A DNA stretch of 64,000 bases from Akkermansiaceae bacterium (GCA_051251915.1 JBPOGF010000009.1:64001-128000); one strand, 5' to 3'; counted from the stretch's first letter, positions 38,631 through 48,697 are shown. Program-made: numbers and translations. Notes: generated by a model not told the origin, from the letters alone.

Positions 38631-38668
38631 GCAGGAGAGTCGCAACCATTATCGACTCGCACGACTGC
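38631..38668 (+). promoter_or_regulatory. Candidate L1-binding autoregulatory RNA leader
   Basis: GCAG-GA-GAGTCG-loop-CGACTC-GCACGA-CTGC: two stems with an asymmetric purine-rich internal loop, 21 nt before the rplA ATG. Confidence 0.6.
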
Positions 38669-38689
38669 TACAAATAACTAAACAACAAC

Positions 38690-39394
38690 ATGGCAACCAA
38701 CAGAAAGCGTAGCAAACGCTACCAAAAGGCCGCTGAACTAGTGGACCGCACTAAGACATACGGCATGGAAGAAGCTGTAGGAACTCTCAAGAAGTTCCCA
38801 GCTCCAAAGTTTGACCCTACAGTCACACTTTCATTCAACATGGGCATCGACCCTCGTAAATCAGACCAAATGGTTCGTGGCTCAGTGTCACTCCCACACG
38901 GAACTGGTAAAGACATCAACGTAATCGTATTCGCTACTGGTGATGCCGCTAAAGCAGCTGAAGCAGCAGGCGCTAACGAAGTTGGACTCGAGGACCTCAT
39001 CAAGAAAGTCCAAGGCGGATTCACCGACTTCGACGTAGCCATCGCTACTCCAGACGCAATGACTGAAGTTCGTAAGATCGCTCGTGTTCTCGGACCTCGT
39101 GGCCTCATGCCTAACCCTAAGACTGGCACAGTTACTGACGACGTAGCAGGCGCTATCGAAAAAGTAAAAGCAGGTAGCATCAACTACAAAGTAGACAAAA
39201 ACGCAACCATCGCAGCAGGTATCGGCAAAGCATCATTCGACGAAGCTAAACTCATCGAAAACGCAAAAGCTCTTCTCGACGCAGTCGTTAAAGCCAAGCC
39301 AGCATCTGCTAAAGGCAACTACATCCAAGGCGTAACTATCGCATCATGCATGAACCCAGGCATCAAGCTTGAGTCATCACTCTACGCCCTCTAA
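38690..39394 (+). CDS. rplA: 50S ribosomal protein L1
   Basis: DQMVRGSVSLPHGTGK, LGPRGLMPNPKTGTVT. Confidence 0.99.
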   Translation: MATNRKRSKRYQKAAELVDRTKTYGMEEAVGTLKKFPAPKFDPTVTLSFNMGIDPRKSDQMVRGSVSLPHGTGKDINVIVFATGDAAKAAEAAGANEVGLEDLIKKVQGGFTDFDVAIATPDAMTEVRKIARVLGPRGLMPNPKTGTVTDDVAGAIEKVKAGSINYKVDKNATIAAGIGKASFDEAKLIENAKALLDAVVKAKPASAKGNYIQGVTIASCMNPGIKLESSLYAL

Positions 39395-39424
39395 TTTCTA
39401 ACCATTTATTGAAAGGAACATCAC

Positions 39425-39925
39425 ATGAATCCTGATAAGAAAATCATCATCGACGAATTACTCGAAAGAGTAAACGCATCACCATACGTCCTCGTTATGG
39501 ACTACACCGGCGTTACTGTACCTCAGTTCTCTGAGCTCCGTGACAACCTCCGCGAAGGCGGTGCCGAGTGCCACGTAGCGAAGAACACCTACATGAGAGC
39601 AGCCCTCTCAGAAGCAGGTCTTCCAGACATCAGCGCTGAGCTCACAGGCCAGACCGCTTTCGTCACAGGAGACGGCGAAGTTACAGCTGCTGCTAAAGCA
39701 GTGAAAGACTTCGTTAAAAAAGCGAAAGACGTCAAACTCAAAGTAGGCATCCTTGACGGTGAAGTAATCGACGAAGAGAAAATCAACGTCCTCGCTTCAC
39801 TTCCATCACGCGAAGAACTACTCGCCAAGCTTCTCTCAGTCATCAACGAGCCAGGAACATCTATCCTACGCGCTCTCAACGAGAAATTCGGCAACACAGG
39901 CTCATCTTCAGACGAAGAAGAGTAA
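39425..39925 (+). CDS. rplJ: 50S ribosomal protein L10
   Basis: DYTGVTV..ELR, VAKNT, LASLPSREELLAKL; position between rplA and rplL. Confidence 0.96.
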   Translation: MNPDKKIIIDELLERVNASPYVLVMDYTGVTVPQFSELRDNLREGGAECHVAKNTYMRAALSEAGLPDISAELTGQTAFVTGDGEVTAAAKAVKDFVKKAKDVKLKVGILDGEVIDEEKINVLASLPSREELLAKLLSVINEPGTSILRALNEKFGNTGSSSDEEE

Positions 39926-39943
39926 CAACAAATCTGATAAGAT

Positions 39944-40044
39944 GGCTGCTTGAGGTAACTCTTGCAGCCTGATAACAAACATTGGCTCCTCGTCGGATAT
40001 TCGGCTGAAACTCTGAAATAACCCAGATGCCCTGGGTGCGACGA
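39944..40044 (+). ncRNA. Candidate structured RNA in the rplJ-rplL spacer
   Basis: GTAA-capped hairpin 39944-39969; TCGTCG/CGACGA closing stem enclosing ACCCAG/CTGGGT hairpin. Confidence 0.45.
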
Positions 40045-40081
40045 AACCTAAACACAAAACAAATAGAAAATAATACATATT

Positions 40082-40453
40082 ATGGCTGATCTAGCTAAAA
40101 TCGCTGAAGAACTCGGCAAACTAACAATCATCGAAGCTGCTGAGCTCGTGAAGAACCTTGAAGAAGAGTGGGGCGTATCTGCCGCTGCTGCTGTAGCTGT
40201 TGCTGGCCCTGCTGGTGGTGGTGAAGCTGAAGAAGAGAAGACTGAATTTGACGTCGTTCTCGAAGAAGCTGGTGGAAACAAAATCGCTGTTATTAAAGCA
40301 GTGCGTGGAGTTGCATCAGGTCTCGGACTTGCAGACGCTAAGAAACTCGTTGAAAGCGCTCCTGTTGCAGTTGCTGAAGGCCTTCCTAAAGAAGCCGCAG
40401 AAGAAGCTAAGAAAGCTCTCGAAGACGCAGGTGCTAAAGTTGCACTCAAGTAG
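40082..40453 (+). CDS. rplL: 50S ribosomal protein L7/L12
   Basis: [31 protein letters not shown]. Confidence 0.99.
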   Translation: MADLAKIAEELGKLTIIEAAELVKNLEEEWGVSAAAAVAVAGPAGGGEAEEEKTEFDVVLEEAGGNKIAVIKAVRGVASGLGLADAKKLVESAPVAVAEGLPKEAAEEAKKALEDAGAKVALK

Positions 40454-40491
40454 TAAACACACTTTACTAGCATTTTAAATAATGCACACAG

Positions 40492-40526
40492 AAGAAGCTC
40501 TGCCTAACCGCAGAGCTTCTTTTTTT
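40492..40526 (+). terminator. Intrinsic terminator after rplL
   Basis: aagaagctctgc-ctaacc-gcagagcttctt followed by T run. Confidence 0.9.
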
Positions 40527-40627
40527 ACGCCCCCATATCACAACCAAGAAATACCCATCCACAAAAAAAGCCACCCTATCGAAATAGAGCGGCTCTGATA
40601 AAAGTTGGTTTGTTACATCAACGAAAA

Positions 40628-41467
40628 TTACTTCCTACGGCGCATAATAAGCGCAAGCCCACCAAGCCCAAGAAGAGCCGTTGATGATGGCTCAGGAACA
40701 GCAATCAATCGAAGCTGGAATGCATTAATCTGTGCTCGTCCGCTACTGTTGAGGGTAGTTCCCCCATTTGTACTTCCAGCTATGCTAAATGCTTGGGTCC
40801 CGCCTGCACCAGCAATGAATGTGCCAAGGATTGAGTGACCTGAGTTCTCTCCCGAGTAACTATCCAGCGGGTCACGGTTACTGAGTGCTGAAGTAGCTGA
40901 TGATCCTGCAGTTATACTATCAGCAACACTCTGTGTCCCATCACTAAAAACTGTAACCCAGTCTGTGCCGTTCGTGGATCTTCCGCCAGTAGTACGAGAA
41001 TCATTTGATATGACTTGGATCTCATATGTATACCCAGCCGTTAAACCATTCAGAGTGATGGTACTTGCATTAAATAAGCCCCCTTGAAGTATAGCAGTGA
41101 TATCTGTATCCGTGAAGCTACCTGATCCGAATGCAGTCCCAGTGTCGGCAAAACCCACACTAGTGACTGTTACCCCTCCTTGAGCGTAGCCAGCCGCGTT
41201 CAGCGTAGCCGAGTTAGTTGAAGTAAAGAGCACACCATTGAGTGTATTTGTTGCTGCAGCAGCGGTTTGCCCGTTGAACGCCACAACACCTGAGCCATTA
41301 GTACTCACGAATGATTGATCTACCGCAGCGGAGGCTGGAGCGGCAACAGTGTCATAGAGGTCAACTGAGTTACCCCAAGTGATCAGTGCTGCTGTAGAGG
41401 TCATAGGCAAGATCGCAAGAGCAGACACCATTCCTATCGTAGTTTTATTATTTTTAAAATATTTCAT
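40628..41467 (-). CDS. PEP-CTERM sorting domain protein (Ser/Thr/Gly-rich beta protein)
   Basis: Signal peptide; AVPEPSSTALLGLGGLALIMRRRK. Confidence 0.92.
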   Translation of the reverse strand: MKYFKNNKTTIGMVSALAILPMTSTAALITWGNSVDLYDTVAAPASAAVDQSFVSTNGSGVVAFNGQTAAAATNTLNGVLFTSTNSATLNAAGYAQGGVTVTSVGFADTGTAFGSGSFTDTDITAILQGGLFNASTITLNGLTAGYTYEIQVISNDSRTTGGRSTNGTDWVTVFSDGTQSVADSITAGSSATSALSNRDPLDSYSGENSGHSILGTFIAGAGGTQAFSIAGSTNGGTTLNSSGRAQINAFQLRLIAVPEPSSTALLGLGGLALIMRRRK

Positions 41468-41757
41468 AATTATTTTCGGGTTTGTTCATACAGCAATAAC
41501 TACCTTTCGTTATTGCATGTCTTACAATCATAAATAATTCACGCTATAAATCAAGCCTTAAAGCCGATCAATTTCTCATTTCAACAATGAAAACTACCTC
41601 ATTATCAATGTGTGATACAGATAAACCCTCACCTCTGAATGCTACACCTCCCCCTAAAACTATAGGTATGCCTCCTACCTTACTAATCACTGAGAAAATA
41701 ATTCACCCCCGTGTATTAGTAGTTGCCTCTAAGAACCTTCCGTCTTACTAAATAACC

Positions 41758-44700
41758 ATGCGCCTTCTGTTTATCGGTTTATTCTACACCCTCTGCCTTC
41801 AGCTTTCCTATGGGCAAGCTCTCATCGAGGAGTCAAAAATCATTCAAGAAATTTCCTCATTCACTGAGTCCGAGTCGTCCCAAAAAGAAGCCTGGCAACA
41901 ACTACTCCAACTCCGTAAAGACTTCGACTCATTGGAAAATGAAATCTCTGAACTAGAAAAATCAAATAAAACTCTCGCCGCCCCAGAAGGAAATCTACAG
42001 AAAGCCAGCGATCTATCTCAAATAAGTGAGGAAATAGCCGCCCCCACACTCGCTCAAATCACCAAACGATTCAATGAAGTCAAACAACTCAAAGAAAACG
42101 TCACGGCCCAACAAGAAACCATAGAAAAATCACTAGCAAGTTCATCAGCCAGGCTAAAACTCATCCCAAACGAGATCACCACAACCCAGACCGACCTCGC
42201 CACACTCCAGGCCACCCCAGAGCCAACAACCGAAATCAGCAAATCCACACGAGCATTACTTATCGCCAAACATGAGAAATCTCTAGAGAAACTCGACCTC
42301 GAACAAAGCCAACTAGAAAAATATATCCCCATACTCCAGAGTAATCTCAAGACACTCACCAAGGACCAAACAAAAATCGACAAGATCTATGCCATCTGGG
42401 ATGACAAACTAATCGAAGTAAACAAAAACACCGCCGCCAGCATCAAGGCGTCCGTCATCACTCTCTCCTTAAAGCTCTCAGATGGCTCCCCCGCCAAGGA
42501 ACTCGCGGAGCAAACCATCGCACTCTCAGAAAGCCTACTTTCAGAGGAAAGCATCCAAGCCAAACTTAAAAGCACCAGAAAAGAATTAGCCACCCTCAAG
42601 CAATCATTCCAGCTTATCGATGAACAACAGAAATACGCCAGAGAAAGGATCAACCTCTTAGATAAAGCCGACCTCTCAGTAGACCGTGAAACCGGCACCC
42701 TACTCAGAAAGCAACGTAGCGAACTCCCCTCAGAAAAAGCACTCAAGTTCAGACTCACAACCGTTTTCCAAGCGTCCACCAAAAACGAACTCGAACTACT
42801 CCAAGAACGTGATCACCTCGACGCCATCGTTGAATTTACCTCAGATGCCTACGAAGAAAACTTCACCAGTGCCCAGAGAGCAGAACTCACAAAAGAAGAA
42901 TTCACAAGCCTCACTAAATCCTCACTCCAACTCCACAAAATAGTCATCAAAGAAAGAAATGAGCTATCCACAGAATACCGTGAACTCATCAGCCTACTAG
43001 AAAAAACCTCCAAGAGCTCCAAGACATACTCAGACTACATCGACTCCAGACTACTCTGGATCGTCAGCCACCCCCCCCTCAGCAAACAAAGCTTTATAGA
43101 TGAAGCCCAGAGCCTCAATACCCTCTACGGCACCTCCGCCCTGTCCCGCTTCTTCACCTCGCTAAAATCAGATGCACTCAACTACCCCGTCCTCTGGATC
43201 CTCTTCACACTCTCATTCATCATCATCCTCGCCACCCAGCAGAAATTCTACCAATGGGCAAAAGCAGCCAATAAAGAAGCCGCACGTGGCAGCTGCAACA
43301 CCTTTCGCCCCACCCTCATTGCTCTCTTCTCTAGCATTGTCATCATTCTCCCCATCCCCCTCATACTAGCCTTCATCGGCTGGAGATTACCCTCAGATCA
43401 GCCACTCCAAGCTGGCTTACTTCTCGGCAGCACCGTTGCCGCCATCATCAGCCTCATCCGCAGACTCTCCAAAAAAGGTGGCTTTTTTGAATCAAATGAC
43501 ATGGTCAACACCGGCCACCTCAAACTATGCAGAAAAGCTCTCTGCCCCCTATACTTCATTCTCCCCATAGTCATCATCACCGCAACCGCGCTCACCAGAC
43601 TAAATACCGAGATAACTCAAGGACGGCTCTTCAACATGCTCATCCTCATCATCATGGCTGCCGCCATGCACTACATCTTACTTCCTAAGAAGCGCTTATT
43701 GAACTCCAAGAAAAAGCCTGGCTTCTTAAGCTACCTCGTCTACTTCACCTTCGTCATCATCCCCCTTATACTCGTGTTCGCAGCAGCTGTTGGATACTTC
43801 ATATCCATGCTCACCCTGAAAACCCAGCTCATCTACACACTCAGGATAACTCTCGGCATACTCTTCATCTCCGCCCTCCTCAGACGCTGGCTACTAGTTA
43901 CCAGAAGGAGAGCCCTCATGAGCGCACACCAAACCGCTATCGCTGATCCTGAGTCCCCTCTAACAGAACAAGAAAAGAAACAGGAAATCCAAGAAACAGT
44001 TACCAAAATCAGCGAGCAGAGCTCCAAACTCATCCACGTAGTCGCCACAGTAATCTTAGTATTCAGCCTCATCACCGTCTGGTCTAAAACCTTACCCGCA
44101 CTCTCAGTCCTAGACAACGTCAACCTCTGGGAAACCTCATCATCAGAAACCACGAACAAAGCCGAATCCTCCAACATCAACCCCCTCAGTTCCCTCACCG
44201 GTACATCTGAACCCGCAGCCTCAGAGTCCACAACCACTACCAAACACATCACTCTACAAGACCTGCTCGTCACCATCATAGTCTCATTCCTCACCTATCT
44301 AGCAGCAGTAAACATCCCCTCACTTCTCCAGATCACAATCCTCAACCACCTCAAACTCAAACACGGAACCGCCTTCACCTTCACCACCGCCATCCGCTAC
44401 GTCATCATCACCATCGGCATCATCTGGGCATTTGGCTCCATCGGCGTCACTTGGGATAAAATCCAGTGGCTAGCCGCCGCCATCACCCTCGGGATTGGCT
44501 TCGGTCTCCAGGAAATATTCGCCAACTTCGTAGCCGGACTCATCCTCCTATTCGAACGCCCCATCAGAATCGGCGACCTCATCACCGTGGGCAACATCAA
44601 CGGCAAAGTCAGCAAAATCCAAATGCGCGCCACCACCATCCTCCAATTCAATAACCGTGAACTCATCGTCCCAAACAAAGAATTCATCACCGGCCAACTC

Positions 44701-45084
44701 GTAAACTGGACTCTCAGCGACAACGTCATCCGTGTAGAAATCGCCGTAGGCATCGCCTACGGCAGCGACACAGTACGCGCTAAGGAAATCCTCCTCGAAT
44801 GCGCAGAAAACAACAACCGCATCCTACAAACCCCCAAACCAGACGTCATCTTCAGCGCGTTCGGAGCCAGCTCACTTGACTTCATCCTCCGCGCATTCAT
44901 CTCATCCGTAGATGACCTAGCACCAGGCCAGAGCGAACTCCATTACGCCATCGACAACGCATACAGAGAAGCCGGTATAGAAATCGCATTCCCACAGCAA
45001 GACATCCACATCCGCTCCATCGATGCTGCATTCCCTACTGAAAAGCACAACAACACAACAAAACCCTCATCCACAACCGATTAG
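41758..45084 (+). CDS. Large MscK/KefA-like mechanosensitive channel
   Basis: Signal peptide, long periplasmic coiled coil, multi-TM region, GIGFGLQEIFANFVAGLILLFERPIRIGD, IAFPQQDIHI. Confidence 0.92.
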   Translation: MRLLFIGLFYTLCLQLSYGQALIEESKIIQEISSFTESESSQKEAWQQLLQLRKDFDSLENEISELEKSNKTLAAPEGNLQKASDLSQISEEIAAPTLAQITKRFNEVKQLKENVTAQQETIEKSLASSSARLKLIPNEITTTQTDLATLQATPEPTTEISKSTRALLIAKHEKSLEKLDLEQSQLEKYIPILQSNLKTLTKDQTKIDKIYAIWDDKLIEVNKNTAASIKASVITLSLKLSDGSPAKELAEQTIALSESLLSEESIQAKLKSTRKELATLKQSFQLIDEQQKYARERINLLDKADLSVDRETGTLLRKQRSELPSEKALKFRLTTVFQASTKNELELLQERDHLDAIVEFTSDAYEENFTSAQRAELTKEEFTSLTKSSLQLHKIVIKERNELSTEYRELISLLEKTSKSSKTYSDYIDSRLLWIVSHPPLSKQSFIDEAQSLNTLYGTSALSRFFTSLKSDALNYPVLWILFTLSFIIILATQQKFYQWAKAANKEAARGSCNTFRPTLIALFSSIVIILPIPLILAFIGWRLPSDQPLQAGLLLGSTVAAIISLIRRLSKKGGFFESNDMVNTGHLKLCRKALCPLYFILPIVIITATALTRLNTEITQGRLFNMLILIIMAAAMHYILLPKKRLLNSKKKPGFLSYLVYFTFVIIPLILVFAAAVGYFISMLTLKTQLIYTLRITLGILFISALLRRWLLVTRRRALMSAHQTAIADPESPLTEQEKKQEIQETVTKISEQSSKLIHVVATVILVFSLITVWSKTLPALSVLDNVNLWETSSSETTNKAESSNINPLSSLTGTSEPAASESTTTTKHITLQDLLVTIIVSFLTYLAAVNIPSLLQITILNHLKLKHGTAFTFTTAIRYVIITIGIIWAFGSIGVTWDKIQWLAAAITLGIGFGLQEIFANFVAGLILLFERPIRIGDLITVGNINGKVSKIQMRATTILQFNNRELIVPNKEFITGQLVNWTLSDNVIRVEIAVGIAYGSDTVRAKEILLECAENNNRILQTPKPDVIFSAFGASSLDFILRAFISSVDDLAPGQSELHYAIDNAYREAGIEIAFPQQDIHIRSIDAAFPTEKHNNTTKPSSTTD

Positions 45085-45230
45085 GCGAATAATTAAAATC
45101 CTAATCCATCACAAATTGACCACCCCAAAAAACTATTTAAGAAAAAATAGCACTTTTTGTGTCGATCTGACTTCCCCATGTATCTCACACAGTGAATGAC
45201 CACAACAAGGTGGCATGAAAAAATAAAATT

Positions 45231-45875
45231 ATGAAAAATATAAAATTACTATCATTCTCTGTAGCTACAATTGCTCTCACTCTCCCAGCTTTCTCAGCTA
45301 ACTCTGTCACTGATGGAGCCAGAGCTTTTGCTCAAGGTACCACTAACACAGGTAAAAATATCCTTAAAGGAACAGCGGATACAGGTAGAGGTCTTCTCGC
45401 CGCTCCTGGACAGATGCTCAAGATGAATGACGGAACCCTTCCTAACCTCAGCCAAGGTGTTCAGGAATTCGGCCTCAGTGGCAACATTGACTACGCAGAC
45501 GACATCGCTTACAACCTTAACCTCTCATACGGTTACTTCTTCAAGGAGAACTGGCAGATCGGTTTCACCACCACCGTTCAAGGTGAAGAGAGTGATGCAA
45601 ACTTCGGGCTTGGACTTTTCACAGAGTACAACTTCGTGGGAGAAACTAAGTGGGTTCCTTTCGTAGGATTCTCAGCTAAATGGGCACGTCTCAACTCAGA
45701 TGCCCTCGATGCAGATTCCATCGCACTTGGTCTTGACCTCGGTGTGAAGTACTTCCTCAGAGAGAACCTTGCGCTTTCATTCTCAATCGGTGCAGATTAC
45801 GCATTTGATGACGTATTCCCTGGTGGAGATGACTTTAACAAGACAATCAAGATCGGAACACGTTTCTACTTCTAA
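45231..45875 (+). CDS. Outer-membrane beta-barrel protein, copy 1
   Basis: Signal peptide, amphipathic strands, C-terminal GTRFYF (terminal Phe). Confidence 0.88.
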   Translation: MKNIKLLSFSVATIALTLPAFSANSVTDGARAFAQGTTNTGKNILKGTADTGRGLLAAPGQMLKMNDGTLPNLSQGVQEFGLSGNIDYADDIAYNLNLSYGYFFKENWQIGFTTTVQGEESDANFGLGLFTEYNFVGETKWVPFVGFSAKWARLNSDALDADSIALGLDLGVKYFLRENLALSFSIGADYAFDDVFPGGDDFNKTIKIGTRFYF

Positions 45876-45903
45876 GAAATCACTATCTAGAGTATTAATA
45901 ATC

Positions 45904-45935
45904 AATAGGTAAGCAGAAGACTCTGCTTACCTATT
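45904..45935 (+). terminator. Hairpin/terminator between the OMP gene and the ECF sigma gene
   Basis: aataggtaagcaga-agac-tctgcttacctatt; weak T tail, ends 11 nt before the sigma ATG. Confidence 0.7.
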
Positions 45936-45946
45936 CTTTCTCCCCT

Positions 45947-46519
45947 ATGGATTATCAAGCTGCAACAGATGAAGAACTCGCTCAGAGATGTATATCTGAG
46001 CTACCAGATACCCATCTAGCCTTTGACCAGATCATTCATAGATACACTGAATACGTTTTAAAACTTACCTACAGAGTACTCTGGAATCATTCAGATGCGG
46101 ATGAAGCCACACAAGAAGTGTTCATTAGGCTCTTCAACAAAATCCATCTATTCAAAGGCAAATCTTCATTTAAAACTTGGTTTTATAGATTCACTCTCAA
46201 CATAGCCATAAGGCTACAGCAAAAAAGATCTAAGTATGAAAAACGTGTGACAGAATACGTTCATGAAACAGAAATAACCAAAGATTCCACTTCACCCAAT
46301 ACTGTTACTGACACCCTCGCTCAAGTGAGGAAACTCTTAAATGAACTACCTAAACCAGATCAAGAAATCATCATGCTTAAATTTTATTCTGAACTATCTT
46401 TTGTTGATATTGCAAAAGTTTTAGACATCGGAGAAAGTGCTATAAAAATGCGTTATTATCGCGCCATTAAAAGCCTGTCTCAACGCTACTCTCAGAAAAA
46501 CCCTAACAGCTTAGAATGA
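45947..46519 (+). CDS. ECF sigma-70 factor, SigX-like
   Basis: TDEEL, DADEATQEVF, FKGKSSFKTWFY, ELSFVDIAKVLDIGESAIKMRYYRA. Confidence 0.9.
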   Translation: MDYQAATDEELAQRCISELPDTHLAFDQIIHRYTEYVLKLTYRVLWNHSDADEATQEVFIRLFNKIHLFKGKSSFKTWFYRFTLNIAIRLQQKRSKYEKRVTEYVHETEITKDSTSPNTVTDTLAQVRKLLNELPKPDQEIIMLKFYSELSFVDIAKVLDIGESAIKMRYYRAIKSLSQRYSQKNPNSLE

Positions 46520-46523
46520 AGTT

Positions 46524-46772
46524 ATGGAAAAATTCGAAGACCTAGAAAAGATAATTACAGAATCTGCAACAATCCCTCCAGAAACGGAAAACACCCTCAA
46601 GAACAACCAACTCAAAGAGGTAATAAAATCTAATGCCAGACACCAATCCACCCAACAACAAATGGGCCAACTTTTTTCGAAAACTCTAGGTAGCCAGTTT
46701 ACAGAGCTAATACCAGAAACCTTAAAAGCCTTTTTCCCATGCCTAAATCGAGATAATAAACATGAAAAATAA
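46524..46772 (+). CDS. Small protein, putative anti-sigma (CrfX/CfrX-like)
   Basis: 82 aa; 4 nt after the sigma stop and overlapping the next gene; size and position match CrfX. Confidence 0.65.
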   Translation: MEKFEDLEKIITESATIPPETENTLKNNQLKEVIKSNARHQSTQQQMGQLFSKTLGSQFTELIPETLKAFFPCLNRDNKHEK

Positions 46773-47598
46773 TGATATGAACACAATCGCTGATCTTAAT
46801 CTTAACGCATTCACCCAATCCTCTTTTTTCCAGAATGTCATAAGCTACACACCTAAATTACTAGCCGCCGCTCTCATTCTCCTTATTGGATGGCTTGCTG
46901 CCACTATTCTAGCTAAGTTAACAAAGTCTCTATTCCTAAAAATAGGAATAGATTCATTTCACAAAAAAAACCAAGCTGAGTTACCAGATGATGAGTTCCT
47001 AAATAACCTCACCTTCTCATCAATTTTATCCAAATTCGTCTACTGGGGTGTCATGCTCGCCACACTCGTAGCCACAGTAGAAACGCTAGGTCTCTCTAAA
47101 TTATCAGCCATTTTTGACCAGCTGTTAGACTACCTACCAAGATTAGTCTCAGGAATAATCCTACTAGTCATATTTTTCATTATTGCTGGAATATTGAAAA
47201 ATACATTAAGAAAAAAACTACGTGGCCTTGGCCTAAGTTATGCCAACTTCATAGGGAACTCCGTCTACTGGCTACTTATTGTCGTCGGATTCTCAATGTC
47301 CTTAAACCACCTCCAAATTGAAACCTCACTAGTAAGCCGAATCATACTAGTGATTATGCTATCCCTCTGCCTCACTATCAGCATTGCTCTTGGCTTCAGT
47401 ATGAAAGAGATCTCAACTAAAATCATCTACAGTCACTACGCTCGTGACGTTTTCACGATTGGCACTGAAATACAAATTAATGGTGAATCCGTCACCGTAG
47501 TTAACGTAAAAGCCACCACTACAATCGTCGAAACCATCGATGGCCGCAGAAAATTCATCCCTAACTCCGAGCTGATGAACACAATACTTGAAGAATAA
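46762..47598 (+). CDS. CmpX-like membrane protein (TM-helix repeats plus truncated MscS domain)
   Basis: Two YxPxLxxxxxIL TM-helix repeats, IALGF, C-terminal IPNS; 278 aa. Confidence 0.85.
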   Translation: MKNNDMNTIADLNLNAFTQSSFFQNVISYTPKLLAAALILLIGWLAATILAKLTKSLFLKIGIDSFHKKNQAELPDDEFLNNLTFSSILSKFVYWGVMLATLVATVETLGLSKLSAIFDQLLDYLPRLVSGIILLVIFFIIAGILKNTLRKKLRGLGLSYANFIGNSVYWLLIVVGFSMSLNHLQIETSLVSRIILVIMLSLCLTISIALGFSMKEISTKIIYSHYARDVFTIGTEIQINGESVTVVNVKATTTIVETIDGRRKFIPNSELMNTILEE

Positions 47599-47641
47599 CA
47601 TAAAAATCAAGCTCAGCCATTTACCTCCTATCACCTAAAAA

Positions 47642-48697
47642 CTAAAACCAACCTCGCTTTTTAAACAGCACAATCAGCGAGCTAGCTAATAAGAAGAACA
47701 CACTGAGCAAAATATAGTAACCATACTCATTATTTAGCTCTGGTATGTTCACAAAGTTCATCCCATACATCCCAGCCAGAAACGATAGCGGCATAAAAAT
47801 GGCAGAAACAATAGCCAACAACTTCATCACCTCATTCATTCGATGACTCGTGGTCGTAAAATAAAGCTCTCGCAGGCTCCCCCCCTGCTCTCGCAGAAAC
47901 TCAGTAGTCTCTATTGCAAAACCAACGTGATCTAACAGATCATTAATATAGACCTTCGTAGACTTTTTGATCAACTTCGTATCGGAGCTATACAAATGAT
48001 GCACCACTCCCTTAAACGGCCTCAGATCACGATAGAGACGCGTCACCTCACTACGCGCTACATGAACCTCAGTAAGATCTGGCAATGACTTACTATTCAT
48101 AATCAGGTCCTCCACATCCTCTAAAGATTTATCTAACTGACGCAAGTAACTCAATGTCTGATCCACTCCCAGATCCATCAGGGCCCATGTTAAATAGTCC
48201 GGCCCCCTTCGCGCCATCCTACTACCCGCCACGTTCACTCGCTTATAAATCGGCGCAAAGAAATCTCCATCGTCCTCAGTGAAAGTAATCACCACATTCT
48301 TTAACATAATCAGACTCATCTGATGCACCTCAAGATCCCCATCAGCATCCAGAAATGGTACTTTCTGAGAAATATAAATATAACCGTCAAAATCCTCTAC
48401 CTTCGCCAAAGAATGCGTATTCATCACATCCTCACCCACCATCTTATTAACCCCAAATTGCTGGCAGATAGCACCCACCAAAGCCCCATCATGCAGCCCC
48501 GCCAGATCTAACCAGTATCGCTTAGTAATATCTAGTTCTCCAACCTCTGAGAGATCTTTCAAAATCGTAGTTTCACAGCTATCCTTGTCATAGCAACTCC
48601 ACTTAAGCACGGTAGTTTCCACACGTCGCTCCCCAGAGAGAATCAAAGTCTCTGGCGGTGCTCCTACGGGTTTGATTAGTTGATCCTGATCTAACAT
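47642..48697 (-). CDS. corA: Magnesium/cobalt transporter CorA
   Basis: KPVGAPPETL, MNEVMKLL, FMPLSFLAGMYGMNF. Confidence 0.95.
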   Translation of the reverse strand: MLDQDQLIKPVGAPPETLILSGERRVETTVLKWSCYDKDSCETTILKDLSEVGELDITKRYWLDLAGLHDGALVGAICQQFGVNKMVGEDVMNTHSLAKVEDFDGYIYISQKVPFLDADGDLEVHQMSLIMLKNVVITFTEDDGDFFAPIYKRVNVAGSRMARRGPDYLTWALMDLGVDQTLSYLRQLDKSLEDVEDLIMNSKSLPDLTEVHVARSEVTRLYRDLRPFKGVVHHLYSSDTKLIKKSTKVYINDLLDHVGFAIETTEFLREQGGSLRELYFTTTSHRMNEVMKLLAIVSAIFMPLSFLAGMYGMNFVNIPELNNEYGYYILLSVFFLLASSLIVLFKKRGWF

